Assembly: GCA_017477845.1 (NCBI GenBank) | Contig: JAFUTR010000031.1 | Span: forward strand, 15,738 to 79,737 | DNA: 64,000 nucleotides | Direction of reading: 5' to 3' | DNA from: Bacilli bacterium | Lineage (GTDB): Bacteria > Bacillota_I > Bacilli_A > RF39 > UBA660 | In this document: positions 42,554 through 51,598 of the stretch, in pieces | Position numbering within the stretch: position 1 is the stretch's first letter | Layout: each line of letters opens with the position of its first letter | Translations under genes and position numbers: made by a program | Notes under the pieces: generated by a model | Told to the model about the DNA's origin: nothing | The model's database searches: none | Seen by the model: the letters and a program-made list of their open reading frames with translations, nothing else

Positions 42554-43046
42554 AGGAACTCCTCAATTTGATATTATATCAAACTTAGAATAAATAAGCA
42601 CACAAAATATATAGGTTTTTGTTTTAAATTATTTGCTCTCCTCTGGGGGGCGATTTATAACATATGTTCGTATATATAAAACCGCATAAATTCAGCGAAT
42701 TTATGATACCAAAATCTAAAAAAGTATTAAGATTCTAACAAAATCTAGAAAAACTGTGACCTGGATGTGACCTGGAACCAGTTCCTTTATTTTGTCTTTA
42801 ACTATAATTATTATACCATAAAATAAGTAAAAGAGCACGATTAATACAATTATCTTTCGCACTCTTCTTTTTTTGACAATCCTGCGGATTTTCCCATCTT
42901 TTTCCGTATCTTTGTCAAAGAAAAAATTTTGGGAACATTTTTCCAAAACTATCCAGTTGTGTCAGTTATGACACTTTTTTCTATGATACCCTATCACACA
43001 TTAAAGTGACACAAGTGTCATGACCAATGAAAAAGCGATCTTTAGA

Positions 43047-44117
43047 TCACTCTTCATTAACAATATTAACATTATTTTTAAAATTAATTGCAATACTGTT
43101 TAAAGTATTTTTAATGTTTTCCCAAGTATCATTCATATCTAGTGTCTTTACATATAAATCATGACCTATCATTGGAAAATGAATATTAGCTGGTTTTTCA
43201 TCAATAGTTTGTGCATATAATAACATTCCTTTTACATTTCCACTTTTTTTTGGATCTTGACTATCTACATATACATATATTTGATTCAAATGATCATTTG
43301 ATATTATCTTAGTCTTTGAAAATGGATGATCATGGTATATTTTGTTGTAGAATTTAGCATCTATAATTAGCATACGATCTTCATATTCCATTGTAATATC
43401 AGTTTTGACAGATGGTATGTTCATTATAGGTTTATCACTTAAACAAAATCTACGAGAAGAAGCTTTTAATTCAGGATAATGTTTCCTATAATAAGATTTA
43501 ATAAAATTTTCATATATCGCACTTACTCTAGCATCATCTAAGTATTCTTTAAACTTATTTTTTCCAACTCTATCGCTAACTATTAATCCTTTCAAAATCA
43601 ATTTGCATAAATCTAAAACAAATTTATAAGAAATATTGTTTCTATTAAATCTTACTTGATCCCATTTAATTGTTTTAGTATCAATAATATCTACATTATT
43701 AAAATAGTATAATAGCTTTTTTAATTCATTTTTTGTTTCGGTCCCTATTTTTTTTGATTTCACTAAATAGAACATCGTTGTTTTTATTATTTGATTTAGC
43801 AAACAATTTTCACTATATTCATCGAAATTACAAATAATTTTTTTCTTCACTAAAGAATTCTTTTTAATAGTCTCATTTATATCTATTTTCCCTCTAATCG
43901 TGCCAATTTCTTCATTTGTATTGATGTATTCTCTATGAAGACCTTTTTTTATTTCCTTTTTCAAAATAAGACACAATAGCAAAGAAAATAGATTATATAT
44001 ATTATCAAATGCCTCATCACCTAAGTTAGCCTCATCCTTTTCATTAAGTTGCTCTCCATAAAATGAATAGCATAGCATGTAATAAATGTTTCTTACTTTA
44101 TTGTCTACGTTAATCAT
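43047..44117 (-). CDS. mcrC: McrC/LlaJI-R2-like PD-(D/E)xK nuclease subunit
   Basis: 356 aa, overlapping the McrB-like gene by 8 nt. Nuclease motif DITMEYEDRMLIIDAKFY. Confidence 0.75.
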   Translation of the reverse strand: MINVDNKVRNIYYMLCYSFYGEQLNEKDEANLGDEAFDNIYNLFSLLLCLILKKEIKKGLHREYINTNEEIGTIRGKIDINETIKKNSLVKKKIICNFDEYSENCLLNQIIKTTMFYLVKSKKIGTETKNELKKLLYYFNNVDIIDTKTIKWDQVRFNRNNISYKFVLDLCKLILKGLIVSDRVGKNKFKEYLDDARVSAIYENFIKSYYRKHYPELKASSRRFCLSDKPIMNIPSVKTDITMEYEDRMLIIDAKFYNKIYHDHPFSKTKIISNDHLNQIYVYVDSQDPKKSGNVKGMLLYAQTIDEKPANIHFPMIGHDLYVKTLDMNDTWENIKNTLNSIAINFKNNVNIVNEE

Positions 44118-46674
44118 CTATTACACCGTCCAATGCTGACTCCCATTGGATTATAGCGTCCTCATCATCATACCAATACTCTTCCAATAATGGTTTTATC
44201 TCATATGTAATAATATCTACCAAGTCTTTTTTGTTTCCCTTTCTATCTTTTATATCAGGGCAAAAATAACTGTGTCCTATTTTAAATCCACTCCCTAATG
44301 ACTTATCATTTTCTATAGCTTCGTTTATATCCTTAATTATCTTGATTATATTACTATAATCAGCATCAAATTTATTGTTAAAGTCCCTTATAAAATTATC
44401 GTTGTCAAAAGCTGGTTCTATTCTAACAAATGAGAATCTTCTTCTTAAAGCATAATCTATTAATGCTAGGGATCTATCTGCAGTGTTCATTAACCCTATT
44501 ATATATAAGTTATCAGGTACTGAAAACTCTTCCTCAGAATATGCTAATTGTAATTTTTCTCCTCTTTTATCACTTTCAATTAACATTAATAATTCACCAA
44601 ATATTTTACTAAGATTTCCCCTATTAATTTCATCTATAATCATGTAATAATCATGGTCTGGATCATTCTCGGCTTTTTTACAAAATTTATAAAAAATACC
44701 ATGCTCAAGTTCGAATCCATTTTCAGTTGGTCTATATCCTTCTATAAAATCCTCATAAGAATAGCTTTGATGAAATTGTATTAAGCATAATTTATCTTCA
44801 TCTTTTGTTCCAATTATCGAATATGCTAATCTTTTAGCCATGAATGTTTTTCCAACTCCAGGAGCACCTTCTAGTATTATGTTTTTCTTCTTTTCAAGAA
44901 TAGAAATCATAGAATCATATAACTTACCATCTATATATACTTCATTCAAAAATTTGTCTCTTGAGTAACTTCTATCCTCATCTAAAATTGAATGAATATA
45001 ACTAGAGAGTTCTTCGGTTAGTTTAATTGCTCCTTGTGGTGCTGCATTTAAACCATGTTTCATTAAATTATCTAATGACAATTTATCATTATCTATAAAA
45101 TTAATAAGTCTCAATCTACAATAACGATCTTTATCTTCATTATATTTTTCATTAGTATTCCAAAATTCACGATCATCTATCGTCTCATTAGGAAGGATAT
45201 TTATTTTTTCAACTTTTGTTAATGCACTAATTCTTTTTTCTGGTGAAGTACTATAAATATATACGATATCATTAACAGCGAAATTTCTAGTTTGTCTCCA
45301 ATCAATGCATCCATTCTTTTCGAAACTTTCTTTATGATTGTATACCTCTCCATTTGCTGGTAATAACCATTCAACATTATTATCTTTTTCATCCACAATA
45401 TTATATTCATCTAAGAATCTTCTATAATTACTAATTGATGCAGTATTTATATTATTACTATTAATTTTTCTAGCATTAAATCGTTCATTAGTATTTAGTA
45501 TAGCAACAACTTTATCTAACTCCTCAATATCACTTATTTCGTAAATGGATTTATCAAGTATTCCATCTTCAATTGCTTCATTAGATGTTAGTGAAATACT
45601 AGATGTATACATATTAACACTTGATTCTGCAAAGCCATTCTTAGATAACCATTCTTTAAATTTTTCTTTCATTTTTTCACCACCATTCATTATATTCATC
45701 AATCTTTTAACAAAGTCTTTATATTCAGTTATATTAGTTAATGTTTTTTGTGCAACTTGGTCTTCCTTAGATAATGACCATTCTCCTCTTTTTAACCATT
45801 TTACATTTCTAACATTTTTATAATGTTCTATGCTGTCATCAAAATAGTATTCGTTATCAATTACTTGTCCATAACCTAAAAGCTTAGTTTGTCCAACTTT
45901 TGCAATAACAATATCATTAGGTTTCAAATCATAACAAAACGAACTAACAGCTGCTATAGAATTAAACGGATTATCTTGTCCATACGCTTCTTTTATTGCA
46001 TTTGCAATATCTTCTTTATTTGCATATTTACTATAGTCACCTATCGCATCCCATCCTAATAACATTTTATTGTTATTAAAGCAATAGTCCCATACAGTTC
46101 CATTTTCACCAGGCGAATATGTCCAATATTGTATTTCATTATTATTCAATATTTTGACTTTTCTCTTTTCTAATATCTCTTTTACATTATCTACTAAAAA
46201 AGGAGTTATTAGGTAATAATTATTATCTTTAGATATATAAAAACCAGTTATGTCTCCATATAAAATTTCCCTTAATTTTTTTACCGTTGGATCACTGTTG
46301 TCGAATTTATAGTATCTATTATTTTGTCCAGAGTAAAACATTCTTGGAATTCTTAAATATTCATTATTAGCATTTTGAAAAAAAGAGAATGAACTATCCA
46401 AGCTAGAAAAATTATCTTTGAAAATTTCTTTATAATCATAATAATTATCTTTGATAGTTTTAATTACATTAATTGTAGCTGGTACATTTAAAATATAATC
46501 ATATTCTTCTGCAAGAAATTTAACAAATTCATTTTTTATTTCTTCCTTATCGTTCATATAATAGCCAGTTACTTCACTATCTTTTATGCATTTTAGTTGT
46601 GCAGATATTGTAGCTTCACTATTTGGGATAATCACTTTTATTCTATTTTGATTTTTTTCCAAAATCATACTCAT
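44110..46674 (-). CDS. mcrB: McrB/LlaJI-R1-like AAA+ GTPase with a long N-terminal extension containing two PUA/EVE-like candidate reader modules
   Basis: C-terminal AAA_5 region: GAPGVGKTF, MIIDEINRGNLSKIFGE, MNTADRS, RRRF. The N-terminal roughly 560 aa include two related segments (YWTYSPGENGTVW ... PNDIVIAKVG ... LLGYGQV, and WLLPANGEVY ... VNDIVYIYS ... ISALTKV). Confidence 0.8.
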   Translation of the reverse strand: MSMILEKNQNRIKVIIPNSEATISAQLKCIKDSEVTGYYMNDKEEIKNEFVKFLAEEYDYILNVPATINVIKTIKDNYYDYKEIFKDNFSSLDSSFSFFQNANNEYLRIPRMFYSGQNNRYYKFDNSDPTVKKLREILYGDITGFYISKDNNYYLITPFLVDNVKEILEKRKVKILNNNEIQYWTYSPGENGTVWDYCFNNNKMLLGWDAIGDYSKYANKEDIANAIKEAYGQDNPFNSIAAVSSFCYDLKPNDIVIAKVGQTKLLGYGQVIDNEYYFDDSIEHYKNVRNVKWLKRGEWSLSKEDQVAQKTLTNITEYKDFVKRLMNIMNGGEKMKEKFKEWLSKNGFAESSVNMYTSSISLTSNEAIEDGILDKSIYEISDIEELDKVVAILNTNERFNARKINSNNINTASISNYRRFLDEYNIVDEKDNNVEWLLPANGEVYNHKESFEKNGCIDWRQTRNFAVNDIVYIYSTSPEKRISALTKVEKINILPNETIDDREFWNTNEKYNEDKDRYCRLRLINFIDNDKLSLDNLMKHGLNAAPQGAIKLTEELSSYIHSILDEDRSYSRDKFLNEVYIDGKLYDSMISILEKKKNIILEGAPGVGKTFMAKRLAYSIIGTKDEDKLCLIQFHQSYSYEDFIEGYRPTENGFELEHGIFYKFCKKAENDPDHDYYMIIDEINRGNLSKIFGELLMLIESDKRGEKLQLAYSEEEFSVPDNLYIIGLMNTADRSLALIDYALRRRFSFVRIEPAFDNDNFIRDFNNKFDADYSNIIKIIKDINEAIENDKSLGSGFKIGHSYFCPDIKDRKGNKKDLVDIITYEIKPLLEEYWYDDEDAIIQWESALDGVIDD

Positions 46675-46744
46675 AACATTTCACCTCTTAAGATATACTT
46701 CCATTTATAATTATATCATTATATGTTAAAAAAAAGAACCGTTA

Positions 46745-49054
46745 CTAACACGATTCTTCAAATACTCCAGTCTTAATTATCTCTTTAATTACTGCAAGCA
46801 TAACATCAACAACAATACTATTACCAGCTTGCTTATATGCCTGAGCACGTGAAACAACAATTTTATAATCATCAGGGAATCCCATCAATCTATGAGCTTC
46901 TCTTTCAGTCAGCATTCTAACTTCTCCTAAATCAGTCATGTAATTGTCAACACCTGCTCTATGTCTATTCCCCATAGTTGATAAAACTGTTCTTGCTATT
47001 TTCCTATCAATTTCAAGTGATGTTTTAAATGTTTTTGTTCCTGAACACATAACATATTTTTTTAACAATGGTGATAATATATATTTTTGGTCAACTACAC
47101 CAGGTTCATTAATTAATTCAATTTCCCCATTTTTTGATAAATAATTTCCCTCTTTTACTTTAGATAAAAGTAGATCTGGTAAATAAAACTTCAATTTTTT
47201 CTTTTTTGGAAATTCAAATTGTTTTTTTAATTTAATATCTTTTCTAAATCCAATCACAAACAGTCTTCTTCTAGTTTGTGGTATTCCATAATCTTCAGCA
47301 TTAAGAATATCTTGATGAATATCGTATCCTAGCTCGTCATATACTTCTTGCATAATTGCCCAAGTTTTTCCTTTATCATGAGTAGTTAATCCTCTTACAT
47401 TTTCATAAATGAAAACTTTAGGGTTTGTCTCTTTAATTATTCTTCCATATTCATAGAATAAAGTACCTCTTGTATCTTCAAGGCCTCCCTGAAACCCTAC
47501 TGTTGAAAAGCTTTGACAAGGGGATCCACCAACAAGTAAATCAACCTTATCTCTATAGTCAGTTCCATCTAATAGATTAATATCTAAGTGGAAATCATTT
47601 TCATTAATATCATAATTAGCCATGTAACTTTCTTTAACATAATTATGCTTTTTACTCTTCGATGAATATAAATTATCTACATATTTTTTCTTTTCTTGCT
47701 TTGTTTTCATTGAACGTATTTTTTTCATCTCTTTATCAGCGTCATATTCAATTTCAATATCTCCATTATCGCAAGCAAAAACCAACTTATAATTAACACC
47801 TAGTCTTTTCAATGCTTGTTCAGGTGATCCAATTCCACTGAACAAAGTTCCTACTCGTAAAATACCGTCGTTTTCAGTATTTACTTCATTTAATGGATTA
47901 TTTTCTCTTTTACTACTATCATGTAATGTTAACAATTTAGTTTCATTAGAAGAATCATCAAAAATATTTAATAGTTGAAGTTCTTTTAAAATTCTCTCAA
48001 ATATATTTACAACAATACTATTCCCTGCTTGTCTATACATTTGTACATCAGGAACTACTATATTAAAATCATCGCTAAATCCCATTAGTCTTAAACATTC
48101 TCTAGGAGTTAGTTTTCTAATCACGCCAGTCTTTCCATTCCATTTAGATAAATAAGCATGCTTCATTATTTCTTCATTGTGTCTTTTATTATCATATTCT
48201 TCAAAAACAAAATCTCCATTCCAATTAAATTGTTGATTTGCTTTTTCACACATAATAATATTTTCGTTTACTCTTGCTCTATTTCTATATTTTGGGTTAG
48301 TAACAAATTCAAACCCTTTTTGTCCTAAATAGTATTTTGGTTCAACTATATCCTCAAGATAATCAAACATAGTAGTTGTTAATTCCTCTTTTTCAGGAAA
48401 TTTGAAATCTCTTTCAAGAGTTATATCTTCCCTAATTCCAACAACAAATAATCTTGGTCTATTTTGAGGTATTCCATAATCTCTAGCATTTAATATAGGA
48501 TCATCGTTAATATAAATTCTATATTTTAATTCTTTAAATACATTTTGAATTGTTTCCCAAGTTTTTCCTTTATCATGATTTAATATTCCTCTAACATTTT
48601 CAAAAATAAAGACTTTAGGTTCACAATCTTTGATTAATCTAGCATATTCATAAAATAAAGTACCTCTTGTATCATTAAATCCCCCTCTTTTACCTATAAT
48701 TGAAAAGCTTTGACAAGGGGATCCACCAACAAGTAAATCTACTTTATTTTTATAATGCTCTCCATCTATAAATCTTATATCTTGGTGAAAATCTTTTTTA
48801 TCTATATCATAGTTAGCCACATATGACTCTTCCATGTAATTTGGTTTTCCTGTATTTGTATATAATTTATCTATAAATTCTTTTGATTCATCATAAGAGA
48901 GTTTTTTAATTTTTTCTTGAATTTCATCTTTAGATTCTTTTAATTCTCTTTCGCCGTTGTCACAAGCAAATACTAATTTATAGTCAATTTTTTGTTTTTT
49001 CATCGCTTCTTCTACAGCGCCAATTCCACTAAACACAGTAGCTAATCGAATCAT
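46745..49054 (-). CDS. fused tandem C5-cytosine DNA methyltransferase (two complete Dcm-type domains in one polypeptide)
   Basis: Every motif occurs twice: FSGIGA/FSGIGS (I), GGSPCQSFS x2 (IV), ENVRG x2 (VI), QNRPRLF/QTRRRLF (VIII), AGNSIVV x2 (X). The domain boundary is near 47.87-47.97 kb. Start set to the ATG at 49054, which follows AGGAGGT. Confidence 0.9.
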   Translation of the reverse strand: MIRLATVFSGIGAVEEAMKKQKIDYKLVFACDNGERELKESKDEIQEKIKKLSYDESKEFIDKLYTNTGKPNYMEESYVANYDIDKKDFHQDIRFIDGEHYKNKVDLLVGGSPCQSFSIIGKRGGFNDTRGTLFYEYARLIKDCEPKVFIFENVRGILNHDKGKTWETIQNVFKELKYRIYINDDPILNARDYGIPQNRPRLFVVGIREDITLERDFKFPEKEELTTTMFDYLEDIVEPKYYLGQKGFEFVTNPKYRNRARVNENIIMCEKANQQFNWNGDFVFEEYDNKRHNEEIMKHAYLSKWNGKTGVIRKLTPRECLRLMGFSDDFNIVVPDVQMYRQAGNSIVVNIFERILKELQLLNIFDDSSNETKLLTLHDSSKRENNPLNEVNTENDGILRVGTLFSGIGSPEQALKRLGVNYKLVFACDNGDIEIEYDADKEMKKIRSMKTKQEKKKYVDNLYSSKSKKHNYVKESYMANYDINENDFHLDINLLDGTDYRDKVDLLVGGSPCQSFSTVGFQGGLEDTRGTLFYEYGRIIKETNPKVFIYENVRGLTTHDKGKTWAIMQEVYDELGYDIHQDILNAEDYGIPQTRRRLFVIGFRKDIKLKKQFEFPKKKKLKFYLPDLLLSKVKEGNYLSKNGEIELINEPGVVDQKYILSPLLKKYVMCSGTKTFKTSLEIDRKIARTVLSTMGNRHRAGVDNYMTDLGEVRMLTEREAHRLMGFPDDYKIVVSRAQAYKQAGNSIVVDVMLAVIKEIIKTGVFEESC

Positions 49055-49149
49055 ACATATACCTCCTATCATTATCATATTACCATTTTAATCACATTTT
49101 GTCTGCATATATCTTAACAAAAAATTGTTATTTTGAACAGACCCAATCA

Positions 49150-49270
49150 TAAAAAATACCAAGAACAACTCTTGGTATAAGTTGCCTCATCATACTGAAA
49201 TTACCACCTAACTTAATAGGTTGGTGCAAGGTTATCGGGTCAGTCCCTATCTTGCTCTATATAAGGTCCT
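49150..49270 (-). promoter_or_regulatory. S-box (SAM-I-like) riboswitch leader with intrinsic terminator, upstream of the methyltransferase/McrBC-like operon
   Basis: The minus strand reads CCUUAUAUAGAGCAAGAUAGGGACUGACCCGAUAACCUUGCACCAACCUAUUAAGUUAGGUGGUAAUUUCAGUAUGAUGAGG. P1 is CCUUAU/AUGAGG and P2 is GCAAG/CUUGC. It is followed by the terminator AUACCAAGA-GUUG-UUCUUGGUAU-U6 (49151..49178). It deviates from the S-box consensus at several positions: UAGGGA for GAGGGA, GACCC for GGCCC, UAA for UGA. Confidence 0.6.
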
Positions 49271-49361
49271 CTTTATTCTTTACATGTATTTATATTGTAA
49301 CATACTTAAATGAAAAAGTCTGCATAAAAAACAATATATTAAAAATAATTCCTATTTTTCT

Positions 49362-49606
49362 ATCATAAATGCATCATATTTAGTATCTATATATCCCAAT
49401 AATGTATATATATTTTTTAATTTCTTTTTAACATCTTCTGGAACATTGTCTAAAGTATCAAGATACTTTGAAATATCATCCAAGTATCCCTTTGCATCCC
49501 TTGCATTTCTTCTCTTTTGTTCCACAGTAAAAGCAGCGTGTTCAATCTCTCTACGATAATCCTGGATAAGCTTGTCATATTTTTCATATGAAACAATAAA
49601 GTTTTG
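49362..49606 (-). pseudogene. start-less open frame; possible remnant of a coiled-coil accessory gene
   Basis: The frame reads ...YEKYDKLIQDYRREIEHAAFTVEQKRRNARDAKGYLDDISKYLDTLDNVPEDVKKKLKNIYTLLGYIDTKYDAFMIEK-stop. It is bounded upstream by TAA (49607..49609) and has no usable start. The two track ORFs here are in other frames and look non-coding. Confidence 0.3.
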
Positions 49607-49779
49607 TTAGCTAATGAAGGCATAACTTTTTCAGAGTATAGGACTTCCAAAGGAAGGACTTATCATTTTGAATATCATGAGCCTTCATTAGATGAAAATG
49701 ATTAACGTGGCACGTTTTGTTTCGGAGAAATGAAAGTGGCGATAGTGATTCATTTTCTTGTTTTATTAATTTGATAAAA

Positions 49780-49915
49780 ATTGATAAAACACTTGTTACA
49801 CAAGTGGAGGGAATAAATTCATTTTGTTCTTTCCTATCTTTGTAACAAGACATTGGGATTTTTAAGGGATTCCCTTAAACTCACGATGGGCTATGCCCTA
49901 GTGAGATAAGTCACT
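49780..49915 (+). promoter_or_regulatory. cluster of palindromes upstream of the relaxase gene; candidate oriT
   Basis: Four repeats: CACTTGT-TAC-ACAAGTG; CTTGTTACA ... TGTAACAAG; TTAAGGGA-T-TCCCTTAA (about 49868..49884); CTCACGATGGGC-TAT-GCCCTAGTGAG (about 49888..49913). Confidence 0.35.
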
Positions 49916-49957
49916 ATTTAAAACCTAGATGACTAACTGAAAGAAAGGAGTACATAT

Positions 49958-51388
49958 TTGAATATAGATTATCAAGTTTTAAAGTTTGAAAATAAAATAA
50001 AGCCTAAAGATATTGGTGGTCTTGGAGTCGAATTAGATGCTAGAAAATGATCTGGAAATTATGACAAAGAACGTACTCAATTTAATAAAGAATATGTTGG
50101 ACTTGATGGTCACTCTACTCTCAAAAGTAAAATATATTCAAAAATTTATGACAATAATATTCACTTTAATAAAGGTGAAAAAACAAATATATTGAATGGT
50201 TGTATAGTAACAAGTGGACCAGATTTTTTTAAAAAATTAGGTCTTCCTATGAAAGATTCAGGAAGAGTTTATGGAGAAAAATCAAAGCATCCAAGAGAAA
50301 AAATATATTGTCCTGATATTAAAAGTAAGGATGATATTCCATCAGAAGTATATAGATTTTTCGATGAAAGTTTTAATTTTTTATCTAACTTTGTTGGAAA
50401 AAAAAATGTAGTTTACGCTTCAATTCATATGGATGAAGATACTCCACATATGCACTTTTACTTTTTACCTATTGTTAATTCTATTCAAAGAAAAACATTT
50501 GAAACTGATGAAAATGGTAAAAGAATTATAAAAAAAAACACTAATAAAGATGGTATTGTAAAACAAAATCCTGTACTAAAAAGAAATGAAAAAGGAGACA
50601 TTATTTATACAACTGAGTACGGAAAATTCTTAAATACAGATGAATTTTGGAAACAAAAAGGTGGTAAATTATCTTTTGCTAAAATCCAAGATGAATACAA
50701 TGAATTTATAAAATCTAAAGGATTTGATCTTGATAGAGGCCACGTTGGAACTCATCGAGAACATCAATCTAAATTAGAATATACAATTAAAAACTTACAA
50801 GCTCAGGTCGAAAAGTTAAGTAAAGATGTAGAACTTTATGAAGAAATAAATAGCATTCAACTTGAGACTAATAAAGAAATAATAAACTTAAATACTGAAG
50901 AAGTATTATCCCCTACTAAAGATTTCTTTAACAAATATAAGAATGAAGATGTAGAAAAAATAAAACAATATGCTAAAGAGATCAATAAAGATAATGCTTC
51001 ATATAAATCAAAAATAAAATCTAAAGATGCTAAGATCAATCAACTTGAGTATGAAGTTCGTGAACTTAAAAATATGGATTTATATACTAAAAATTATGAA
51101 CAAATGACTGCTTTAGAAAGTAAAGATAAACAGATAAAAGAACTAACTGAAACAATTAAAAGTAAAGATAAAGAAATAGCATCACTAAAAGGTATTATTG
51201 AAAGAATCATTAAAAAAACATTCTATGTAATACAATATCTTGTTGGTAAAACAAAAGATAAAATAACTGATTTATTTAACTGGGATTCAAAAAATGACTT
51301 TCGAGCTTTTGAAAGTCAATTAGATAGAATGCTTAATAAATATGAAAATAAAAAGATATTACAAAAGACAAAAGCAAAGAATAAATGA
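49958..51388 (+). pseudogene. MobV (Mob_Pre) family relaxase gene with an in-frame TGA at codon 31
   Basis: The AAAGGAG-preceded TTG at 49958 opens a frame that meets TGA at 50048..50050, then continues in the same frame into track ORF 50192..51388. Relaxase motif ASIHMDEDTPHMHFYFLPIV (HxDE..PHxH), plus a long C-terminal coiled coil. Confidence 0.7.
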
Positions 51389-51398
51389 GGAGGTTAAT

Positions 51399-51512
51399 AT
51401 GAATAATATAGTAATTGAAAACATAAATTTAAGTATGGAAAAAGATAAGGATAAATTATTTAAAGAATTAATTATTAAGTACTTAGTTAAGCAAATTAGT
51501 GAGAGCAATTAA
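51399..51512 (+). CDS. hypothetical 37-aa protein
   Basis: Strong GAGGAGG RBS. MNNIVIENINLSMEKDKDKLFKELIIKYLVKQISESN, followed by the hairpin GTGAGAG/CTCTCAC. Confidence 0.4.
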   Translation: MNNIVIENINLSMEKDKDKLFKELIIKYLVKQISESN

Positions 51513-51598
51513 ACTCTCACATTTGCTTATTTTTTTTAAATCAAATATAATGTTACTGTCTTATGGGAGATGAGTAACAAAAACAAAGGAGATAATAA

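Noticed and set aside
42716-42946. The 76-aa ORF (TTG start) as a small membrane toxin gene.
   Set aside because: It has no Shine-Dalgarno sequence and a non-ATG start. Its hydrophobic stretch is what AT-rich DNA yields by chance, and the tandem 11-bp repeat lies inside it. I kept it only as a possibility within the finding on this region.
49450-49853. Track ORFs 49450..49650 and 49611..49853 (minus strand) as genes.
   Set aside because: Both have an odd composition (Cys/His/Trp-rich, no RBS) and overlap each other. A different frame in the same stretch reads more like protein but lacks a start. The region is better treated as a decayed remnant plus the oriT-like repeats.
50048-50050. TGA inside the relaxase frame as evidence for genetic code 4 (TGA = Trp).
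   Set aside because: Dozens of long ORFs in the window are intact under the standard code. Several genes end in TGA (for example the helicase at 36765..36767). The only tRNA-Trp seen has anticodon CCA. A nonsense mutation or a sequencing error is far more likely.
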